64,000 nucleotides of DNA from Candidatus Omnitrophota bacterium. GTDB taxonomy: Bacteria > Omnitrophota > Gorgyraeia > 2-02-FULL-51-18. The position numbers were made by a program, and so were the translations under genes. The stretch lies in NCBI GenBank assembly GCA_945877765.1, contig CAMDWQ010000001.1, forward strand, positions 22,253 through 86,252, in the 5' to 3' direction. Shown one piece after another: positions 9,346 through 16,317 of this stretch (position 1 is the stretch's first letter; the number at the start of each line of letters is the position of its first letter). The notes beneath the pieces were generated by a model that was given only the letters and a program-made list of their open reading frames with translations, made no database searches and had not been told where the DNA came from.

Positions 9346-10980
9346 TTATTTCTGTTTTAGGTGAGCCGAAAGATAGCCATTGGTAAGCCCATCGATGCCG
9401 GCAACGAGCTCTTCCAGGCGGAGTTGTTGTTCTAGCTGAGTACGCAATTCCTTGGCAGGATTGATCGCGAGCTGAACCTGAAGCCGACGACGCTCATAGT
9501 AGAGATGCGTGACCTCATTTAATACATCATCCCTAAGCTCTACCATAAGCCGTGAGCGCGTATCAATGGATGTCTGATCGTCGTTCCAAAGAAGATCTCC
9601 CAAATCCCAACTCATCCCCAAAGACCAATCGTTGCTCAAATCCTCGGGGCCCTCGATAAACCGGTCAACATCCGCGGTGCCTCCGCGGTCAAGATCAATA
9701 TTGTTGTTGCGATTTATTTTTTGACTTACCGAAACTGTCGGAAGCCACGCTTTTTTTTGCGCGGCTCGCCGCCATTCTTGAATTTTTCTTGGATGAACTT
9801 CGGCATACTCGATCGCCGCTTTTTGGATCTGGGCAATCGACGGCTCGCCTTCAAAAATTTTTAGAATATCCTCGGCTGCCGGTAAAAGCTTGGTAGGCTC
9901 TTTGCCTATTATTTGAGTTTTATTTTCGCTAGCGGAGCTACTCCCTTGAAGTCCGGCGTCCGGAGAGAGGTATTCGAAAATGCCTTTTTTTGTCGCCGCC
10001 AGAAGCCGGTCTCGGCCGGTGTCGTAGGTAATTTTGTAAGTTTGACGGCTTTCCAATCCCTCTGAAATATCCTCAAAAATAGACCTTTCGGGATTCCATC
10101 GATAAACGCCGCGTTCGGTTGCCGCATAAAAAAATTGGCCAGAAGACGCAAGGTGGTTGATCATCCCGCCGGTATCCGAGCCCAAGTGACGCCAAGACAG
10201 TTCCTCTGGCGCAGTCTGGTAAATCCTCCCAGCAGCGGCCGCAATCATTTGATTCGACTTTGGGTGGTAGATGAGACTGGCTGTGGCGGGACTCAAAACC
10301 ATTTCCTCTACCCCCAATTGTTGGAGTGAATCATTGGCCTTATCCTCATCGTTATCGCGCTGGACGGCAACTCTTTGCCAACGATCGCCGTCATCACCGC
10401 TACGGTAAATACCGTCCGCGGCGGCAACAAGAATAGTTTCTGAGCCGGCTCCATGAAAGAGAATGGAATAAACCGCGAGGTTCGGAAATGCTGCCTTTTT
10501 TAGCGTCTGGCCCGTCGAATCATCAACCACCACAATACCGGAGGCCGTACCTAACCAAAGACGGCCCTCCTTCGCCGGATTCATCGCCGCGCAGAATATA
10601 GTTTTAGAAGTTCCCCTGCCGCCCTGATAGAATAAATTCCAATTCTTTCCCGAATCGTTCGAGCGCCATACACCACTGCTGGATGCCAGGTAAAGTTTGC
10701 CCGGCGTTGAAGCGTCGATACCCACCCAGCGGATTTCCGCATCCGATCCGCGGAGGGTAAAAATCCTTGCCCACGAATCCCCGTTATTGACCGTCTTGTA
10801 CAGACGTTTTTGGGATGATGCGTAAAGAATATTGGGGTTGACGCTGTCCGCTGCAACCCACCGAACATCGCTTTCAGGAAGCGAGCTTGAGAGGGTGGTC
10901 CACTGGGCATACGCACGGCTCGACAAAAAACCACCCGATAGAGCGGCAACAAAACAGATAAGCAAAATTTTCTTTTTCAA
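9346..10980 (-). CDS. Secreted BNR/Asp-box (sortilin/Ycf48-like beta-propeller) repeat protein with an unassigned C-terminal half
   Basis: 544 aa. Signal peptide MKKKILLICFVAALSGGFLSSRAYA. Repeated S-x-D-x-G-x-x-W type motifs (TVNNGDSW, SNDSGKNW, SGDDGDRWQRV) are typical of BNR propellers. The C-terminal ~200 aa has no recognisable signature. Confidence 0.55.
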   Translation of the reverse strand: MKKKILLICFVAALSGGFLSSRAYAQWTTLSSSLPESDVRWVAADSVNPNILYASSQKRLYKTVNNGDSWARIFTLRGSDAEIRWVGIDASTPGKLYLASSSGVWRSNDSGKNWNLFYQGGRGTSKTIFCAAMNPAKEGRLWLGTASGIVVVDDSTGQTLKKAAFPNLAVYSILFHGAGSETILVAAADGIYRSGDDGDRWQRVAVQRDNDEDKANDSLQQLGVEEMVLSPATASLIYHPKSNQMIAAAAGRIYQTAPEELSWRHLGSDTGGMINHLASSGQFFYAATERGVYRWNPERSIFEDISEGLESRQTYKITYDTGRDRLLAATKKGIFEYLSPDAGLQGSSSASENKTQIIGKEPTKLLPAAEDILKIFEGEPSIAQIQKAAIEYAEVHPRKIQEWRRAAQKKAWLPTVSVSQKINRNNNIDLDRGGTADVDRFIEGPEDLSNDWSLGMSWDLGDLLWNDDQTSIDTRSRLMVELRDDVLNEVTHLYYERRRLQVQLAINPAKELRTQLEQQLRLEELVAGIDGLTNGYLSAHLKQK

Positions 10981-11076
10981 GAAATCCTCCGGTTTGGCAA
11001 AGTCCTACACCAAAAGGAAATGTACATGGTGATTTGTACTTTGTCAAATATTATTTGATTTAATATCATTAAGCGG

Positions 11077-12618
11077 TCATCTCTGCCATATATTTCGATC
11101 CAGCGTGCGGTAGTGAATAGCCTCGGAGACATGCGTCGCTTCTATAGTCTCACTGTCCTCTAGATCCGCAATCGTGCGAGCCACCTTGATCGACTTATGG
11201 TACGCCCGCGCTGAAAAACCCAGCTCCTGAATCGCCATTTTTAATAAGTTTTCTCCCTCTTGGGAAATCGCGCAATATTTTTCAAGCTGTCTTGGCTCAA
11301 GCTCCGCATTGGCCGAAATTTTTTCGGAAGTATACCGCTTTCTCTGGAGAACCCTGGCCTTTTCCACTCGTTGACGAATTGCAAGGGACCCCTCCCCTTT
11401 GCTTTTCTGAGTAATTTCTCCCACTTTCAGGCATGGCACCTCCAGCTGGATGTCAATACGATCAAGGAGCGGTCCTGAAATCTTGGACATATAATTTTTG
11501 ATCTGCACCGACGTGCAATTGCATTCCTTTTTGGGATCCGTAAAATACCCGCATGGACAGGGGTTCATCGCGGCTACCAGCATAAACCGAGCCGGAAAGG
11601 TATAGGTAGACGCGGCCCGAGAAATCGTGATCCTTCCCTCTTCCAGAGGCTGGCGAAGCACCTCCAGCGCATTTCTTTTAAATTCTGCAATTTCATCCAG
11701 AAACAAAACCCCGTGATGAGCGAGGCTGACTTCGCCCGGCTTGGGATTGGAACCACCGCCGACCATTGCAACGCCGGAGATGGTATGGTGAGGGTCACGA
11801 AAAGGCCGCGTGGACAAAAGCGCCGATTTCTGGGAAATAAGTCCGACAACGCTATGAATTTTGGTGGTCTCGATCGCTTCGTTGAACGTAATACTTGAGA
11901 GGATTCCGGGAATTCTTTTAGCGAGCATTGTTTTGCCAGCACCCGGGGGGCCAATCATGATGAGGTTGTGACCTCCTGCCGCCGCGATCTCAAGGCCTCG
12001 TTTCGCATGTAACTGTCCTTTGATATCAGAAAAATCAAGATACTTGGGACTGGCCACCGGATCCGGCAAGCTGGTCACAATCTCCTCGGAGGGTTTTAGG
12101 CTAAGCTCTCCTTTTAAAAACTGAACCAGTTGCAAAAGGTGGTTGACCGCATAAACTCGGATACCGCTCACACACAAAGCTTCTTTGGCATTGCTGGACG
12201 GGATGAAAAAATCCTTTTTTTGCGGCTCCTCCAAAATAGCCGCCGCCCGCGGAAGTATTCCTGGCACACCCCGCACCTTTCCGTCGAGAGACAACTCCCC
12301 GCAAAATATTTTCTCGCGGACAGCCTCCTGCCCAATCACCTCATTGGCCACGAGAATACCAATGGCGATCGCCAAATCAAACGCGGACCCCTCTTTTTTG
12401 ATATCGGCAGGCGCCAAATTGACCGTAATTTTTTTGGAAGGAAAAGGAAAGCCGCTATTTTTAATCGCCGCTCTCACGCGGTCCTGGCTTTCACGGCAGG
12501 CTGTATCGGGAAGCCCCACGATATTAAAAGCAGGCAGTCCGCTAGCAATATCTACCTCCACCTCGACATTGTAAGCTTCGATCCCAACAACGGCACTCGT
12601 TAATACCTTTGAAAACAT
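11077..12618 (-). CDS. comM: YifB/ComM family Mg-chelatase-like AAA+ ATPase
   Basis: 513 aa. Lon-protease-like N-domain (GLPDTACRESQDRVRAAIKNSGF), Walker A GPPGAGKTMLA, LFLDEIAEF, and the C-terminal Mg-chelatase ChlI-like domain. Confidence 0.85.
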   Translation of the reverse strand: MFSKVLTSAVVGIEAYNVEVEVDIASGLPAFNIVGLPDTACRESQDRVRAAIKNSGFPFPSKKITVNLAPADIKKEGSAFDLAIAIGILVANEVIGQEAVREKIFCGELSLDGKVRGVPGILPRAAAILEEPQKKDFFIPSSNAKEALCVSGIRVYAVNHLLQLVQFLKGELSLKPSEEIVTSLPDPVASPKYLDFSDIKGQLHAKRGLEIAAAGGHNLIMIGPPGAGKTMLAKRIPGILSSITFNEAIETTKIHSVVGLISQKSALLSTRPFRDPHHTISGVAMVGGGSNPKPGEVSLAHHGVLFLDEIAEFKRNALEVLRQPLEEGRITISRAASTYTFPARFMLVAAMNPCPCGYFTDPKKECNCTSVQIKNYMSKISGPLLDRIDIQLEVPCLKVGEITQKSKGEGSLAIRQRVEKARVLQRKRYTSEKISANAELEPRQLEKYCAISQEGENLLKMAIQELGFSARAYHKSIKVARTIADLEDSETIEATHVSEAIHYRTLDRNIWQR

Positions 12619-12619
12619 G

Positions 12620-12994
12620 TTAGCCTCCTGGGAATGCGTCTTGTATTAATTCAATGAGAGGTTTTCCATCTCTAGGAATTAAAATCGAAACCACATCGAA
12701 GCGGCAAGGCGTTTCTTGCATTCCGTAGCGGCCAAGATAAGACTGAGCCACTCTCACAATCTGCCTTCTTTTGGCAGGAGTGACACTCTCGGCGGGATCC
12801 CCCATCGCCAAGGAGCTACGAGTCTTTACCTCAATAAAAACCAACGTCTCCCCGTGGCGCGCTATCAGATCAATTTCGCCCAGTGAGTTTTCGTAGTTTT
12901 TAAGAAGCAGTTTATAGCCGCGCTGATGCAAAAAGGAAGAGGCTAGATTCTCTCCCAAAATTCCGAGCATCTTCGATGTGGTTGCTTGATTCAT
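12620..12994 (-). CDS. yraN: YraN family (UPF0102) PD-(D/E)xK endonuclease-like protein
   Basis: 124 aa. GEIDLIARHGETLVFIEVKTRSS is the YraN signature. The comM start follows its stop by 1 nt. Confidence 0.75.
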   Translation of the reverse strand: MNQATTSKMLGILGENLASSFLHQRGYKLLLKNYENSLGEIDLIARHGETLVFIEVKTRSSLAMGDPAESVTPAKRRQIVRVAQSYLGRYGMQETPCRFDVVSILIPRDGKPLIELIQDAFPGG

Positions 12995-13000
12995 GGATGC

Positions 13001-13270
13001 TTAGGAGTCCACGCCGTCTATTTCCTTATTGTAGGCTTCAAGCACTCTTGCCTCGACCTCATGCTTGAGTGAGCCTTCAATAGCAATCGTATCCATCCAC
13101 CGGCCATCCTTGGCGAGCTTGCTAGGGACTTTCACAAAGGCACCCTTGGGGCCATCCATCACCGAGAAACCACGAATCAGCAGATATTCCCCAAATTTCA
13201 CATTCGCAAATGCCTTTAACTTGCTGTCAAGATTAGATTTACGAATATCAACCACTTCTACTTCCATCAT
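13001..13270 (-). CDS. spoVG: SpoVG family protein
   Basis: From MMEVEVVDIRKSN, ~89 aa: KAFANVKFGEYLLIRGFSVMDGPKGAFVKVPSKLAKDGRWMDTIAIEGSLKHEVEARVLEAY aligns well to SpoVG. The ORF-track start at 13369 adds 33 unconserved residues. The ATG pair at 13265-13270 is preceded by a GGAGG Shine-Dalgarno, so 13270 was chosen as the start. Confidence 0.7.
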   Translation of the reverse strand: MMEVEVVDIRKSNLDSKLKAFANVKFGEYLLIRGFSVMDGPKGAFVKVPSKLAKDGRWMDTIAIEGSLKHEVEARVLEAYNKEIDGVDS

Positions 13271-13496
13271 ACCAGCCTCCTTTGGTTCGACGCGCTTGGC
13301 TTGCTCACCATTCATCCTGAGCAAGGCCGAAGGCCGCGTCGAATGGACTTGTTTTGGGTTTAAACACACGAAAGCATTCGTGCTCTCACCCTACAGGACG
13401 ACAAAGAGGGTCTTTTTCGTCAAAAATTTATTAACATTTTTTTTCGATTAACATCAACGAGCGTCACTCCCAAACAGCCACACAGTGTCACCCATC

Positions 13497-13625
13497 CCGT
13501 CATTCCCGAAAGTTTTAATCGGGAATCAAACCTACCTGTCGTCATTCCCGAAGGCTTCAATCGGGAATCAAACCTATACATGATCCCTGATAATGGATCT
13601 CGGGGATGACATGGGGGGGTGTGGG
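13497..13625 (+). repeat. Dispersed dual-hairpin repeat element, copy A. The first hairpin unit is tandemly duplicated. It ends in a G7 tract.
   Basis: gtcattcccgaaRgYttYaatcgggaatcaaacct occurs twice in tandem at 13497-13533 and 13539-13576. The second hairpin follows: atgatccctgataatggatctcggggatgac, then atgggggggtgtgg. Both hairpins are palindromic, with stems ATTCCCGA/TCGGGAAT and ATCCCYGA/TCGGGGAT. The same element recurs at 16224-16297 (inverted) and 60837-60950. Confidence 0.8.
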
Positions 13626-14462
13626 AGCAAGATAAGCAGTGGCACCGCATCGACGGTTTCTATGCATGACAGCGCAAGTGTTTCAGGGGACATGGATACT
13701 AAATCCAACGTCGATTTTGCGCCTCATCTCAGTTTTTATAGCCCTAGACTTAGCGGTCACGGTCGATCCTCTGGGAATCTTGTAGTAAAAAGTGGTCAGA
13801 CCGTGACGTGGGGTGACCCAAGTTATAGAGGCGGATATCGTGACTGGACTGCCTGCTACGTGGATAATCAGAAATCAGTTGTTATAGAACCCGGTGCCAC
13901 CGTCAACATTGTTGGAAATCTTGTTATACGTGTTGATGCCGTGAGCACTGTCACGGAAGTGAGTTCTGCGGTACTTACGGTTACAGATCCCGCTTTCGTT
14001 ATATGCCCCGGCGCGACCATCAACATCGCAAAAGACGTCGTTTTTAAAATATATGCCGCCGCTGGGGCTGTATCGATAAATTCGTTTATCAACCACAATA
14101 ATGATTCGACAGAAGCCCAAAATTTTCAAGTGGTTGGCTCAATTGACTGCCCCGTGATTGATCTTAGAAATCTCTATGACACCACTCAGGCTGATGGAGG
14201 GCATATGCCAATGCTTGTCACAGCAGCCAACGCCCAAGTGCTGCCTCCCGAAAAAGGTAATATTTACGGCGGGATAGTATGTAAACGCTTCGGTTGGGAT
14301 AATTACACAGAAGATTCAGTGACTGGCGATAGTAGTTCGATACTACGAATTCACTATGACGAAGAACTTAGAAGAACGGGACCTGTGGGTCAAACCGTGT
14401 ATGGAGCAGTACGACCCTGGAACCTTCCCGTCAAACTAGAGTGGGTAAGGGTAGTAGATTAA
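13593..14462 (+). CDS. Hypothetical protein; start uncertain because the annotated ATG lies inside the repeat element
   Basis: A 289-aa ORF with no recognisable family. Ser/Thr/Val-rich segments could indicate a beta-rich or secreted protein, but there is no clear signal peptide. Alternative in-frame starts lie at 13611 (MGGCGSK) and at a later M (MHDSASV). The G7 tract at 13614-13620 falls inside the 5' coding region. Confidence 0.45.
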   Translation: MDLGDDMGGCGSKISSGTASTVSMHDSASVSGDMDTKSNVDFAPHLSFYSPRLSGHGRSSGNLVVKSGQTVTWGDPSYRGGYRDWTACYVDNQKSVVIEPGATVNIVGNLVIRVDAVSTVTEVSSAVLTVTDPAFVICPGATINIAKDVVFKIYAAAGAVSINSFINHNNDSTEAQNFQVVGSIDCPVIDLRNLYDTTQADGGHMPMLVTAANAQVLPPEKGNIYGGIVCKRFGWDNYTEDSVTGDSSSILRIHYDEELRRTGPVGQTVYGAVRPWNLPVKLEWVRVVD

Positions 14463-14482
14463 ACAACACAAAGGAGGCTAAG

Positions 14483-14704
14483 ATGGTACATCTGAGAAAT
14501 AGGTTCGCACTTGCAATAGCGTTGGCGTTTGCTTTTTCGTCCTCGATGATGATCTCTCAAGAAGCAAATGCTGATGAGGAAGCACTTCAAGATTATACCC
14601 AAGAAAGTGAAAATGTCCGGTTCGTCAACCTAGAAGGAAGCCGTGCAACAAAGGATGTTACGCTTAATATCACTGCCGAAGGCACTGAGATTGTGGAAAG
14701 CTAG
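14483..14704 (+). CDS. Small secreted protein (hypothetical, ~73 aa)
   Basis: A strong AAAGGAGG Shine-Dalgarno sits 6 nt before the ATG at 14483. MVHLRNRFALAIALAFAFSSSMMISQEANA is a textbook Sec signal peptide with an AxA cleavage site, followed by an acidic mature peptide. The ORF-track start at 14441 is upstream of the SD and less likely. Confidence 0.55.
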   Translation: MVHLRNRFALAIALAFAFSSSMMISQEANADEEALQDYTQESENVRFVNLEGSRATKDVTLNITAEGTEIVES

Positions 14705-14928
14705 CAAACAGTGTCGGGCGAAGTCAAAGCGTAAACATGCCCTAGAGGTGTGGAGAACTAGCAAAGGTTAGCGGTTAAGGGGTCAAATCTCCCCTTGACT
14801 GCATGCCTGATAAAAGTTCCGGGGACACTATACTTAATTCAGTTCCATGCTCTCTATTTTTTCCTCCGCTCTAGCTTCGATTGACTTATTCAAATAGTCA
14901 TTTAATTTAGTTTGACTTTTTTAAATGA

Positions 14929-16179
14929 ATGCTGTATATTTTCAGCATGATGCAGAGGGCACTTTATTCGATTGTATTTTCACAGACTTGGGGCCGGCAG
15001 ATGCGTTTTATCACGGGCCCAAGACAGTCAGGCAAGACGACGCTGGCCAAACAGAAGCTTGAGATAGCAGGCTCGCCCGAGCTTTATTTTTTGTGGGATT
15101 TGCGCGAGGTGCGTAGGCGCTACAAAGAAAATCAGCTTTTTTTTACCGAAAACCACCCCCCCAGCAAAACTCCTCAGTGGGTTTGTTTTGATGAGATTCA
15201 TAAAATCCCGAAATGGAAAAATGGGCTAAAAGCAATTTTTGACGCAAGTCAAGAGGATTACCGGTTTATTGTCACGGGCTCCGCCAAGCTTGAGATTTTT
15301 AAAAAAGCGGGCGACAGCCTTTCCGGAAGATATTTTACGTTTCATCTTTTTCCTCTGGCCCTCTCGGAGTTATCAGGGTCCAAATCCGTTTTGACGGTTG
15401 AGGATTTAGCGCCTAAAACGGCCCATGACTGGATACAACAAATCCTTGATTTTCATGAACTAAAAAATACCCACCAGAATTTATCCGATTTGCTTGAGTA
15501 CGGCGGATTCCCCGAACCATTTTTAAAACAGTCCCATGCTTTCCATATGAAATGGAGAAAAGACTATGCGGATACAGTGATCCGTGAGGATATCGGAGCC
15601 CTGACAAGGATTATAGACAAGGAATACCTCTATGACCTGTATCAACTCCTGCCTGAAATGGTGGGAAGTCACATTTCCGAGTCATCCATTGCCTCTCATT
15701 TACAAATCAGCGGCCCGACAGTTAAAAGCTATCTCCGGCGGCTTGAGGATTTTTATTTGACGTTTAGAGTGCGCCCTTACTTTAAAAACATCAAACGGGC
15801 GCTGTTAAAAACTCCCAAGTGTTATCTTTATGATTACACAATGATCGGTGACGCAGGCAAGCGGTTTGAGAATTTCGTGGCTATAGAACTCATGAGCCGC
15901 ATTCATTTATGGATGGATGCTGGTAGTGAGGACTACTCGCTTTTTTACGTTCGCAACAAGGAAGGTCAAGAAACAGATTTTCTTATTTTAAAAAATTCAA
16001 AACCGTGGCTACTTCTAGAGGCTAAATTGTCTGATTCGAGAATTGACGGACATCATTACAAAACCCAAGCCATGCTGGGGGGCATCCCCTTGGTTCAGCT
16101 CTGCCGTAAAGACGGTGTTTGCCGAATGGAGGGCAAAAATATTTATCAGATTTCCGCCGCGCGGTTTTTTTCTTCTTAA
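14929..16179 (+). CDS. AAA+ ATPase, DUF4143-containing (COG1373-like) ATP-binding protein
   Basis: 416 aa. The Walker A ITGPRQSGKTTLAKQ near the N-terminus, FDEIHKIPKW (Walker B / sensor region), and a C-terminal region typical of the DUF4143 family. The true start may be at MMQRAL or MRFITG. Confidence 0.65.
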   Translation: MLYIFSMMQRALYSIVFSQTWGRQMRFITGPRQSGKTTLAKQKLEIAGSPELYFLWDLREVRRRYKENQLFFTENHPPSKTPQWVCFDEIHKIPKWKNGLKAIFDASQEDYRFIVTGSAKLEIFKKAGDSLSGRYFTFHLFPLALSELSGSKSVLTVEDLAPKTAHDWIQQILDFHELKNTHQNLSDLLEYGGFPEPFLKQSHAFHMKWRKDYADTVIREDIGALTRIIDKEYLYDLYQLLPEMVGSHISESSIASHLQISGPTVKSYLRRLEDFYLTFRVRPYFKNIKRALLKTPKCYLYDYTMIGDAGKRFENFVAIELMSRIHLWMDAGSEDYSLFYVRNKEGQETDFLILKNSKPWLLLEAKLSDSRIDGHHYKTQAMLGGIPLVQLCRKDGVCRMEGKNIYQISAARFFSS

Positions 16180-16223
16180 CCCAATTCAGGGAACCCCAGA
16201 ATTGACGATTAACTGTAATGGCG

Positions 16224-16297
16224 CGTCATCCCCGAGATTTCTTATCGGGGATCATACCGAGGTTTGATTCCCGATTAAAGCCTTCGGGAATGACAAC
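16224..16297 (-). repeat. Dispersed dual-hairpin repeat element, copy B, inverted relative to copies A and C
   Basis: The reverse complement reads ccgttgtcattcccgaaggctttaatcgggaatcaaacctcggtatgatccccgataagaaatctcggggatgacgcgc. It is near-identical to copies A and C apart from the variable linker and loop nucleotides. It lies in the convergent gap between the DUF4143 ATPase (+) and comEC (-). Confidence 0.8.
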
Positions 16298-16317
16298 GGG
16301 GTGGCACCAGCCTAAGA

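Noticed and set aside
12130-12603. Plus-strand ORFs of 157 and 129 aa inside comM
   Set aside because: They are antisense to a well-supported AAA+ ATPase gene and have low-complexity, Arg-rich composition with no motifs. They are a typical shadow ORF. The same reasoning applies to the antisense ORFs within glnN (2933-4071), addA/addB, leuS and others.
13497-13576. Possible mini-CRISPR array: two tandem 37-nt palindromic repeats separated by about 5 nt
   Set aside because: There are only two units. The spacer is far too short. There are no cas genes. The same unit is part of a larger dispersed element present elsewhere as single copies. It is more consistent with a REP/MITE-like repeat.
14705-14928. 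Short stem AAGGGG-tcaaatct-CCCCTT at about 14777-14796, considered as a terminator after the small secreted gene
   Set aside because: It has no downstream T-run and only a 6-bp stem. It may be structured, but it is not a convincing intrinsic terminator.
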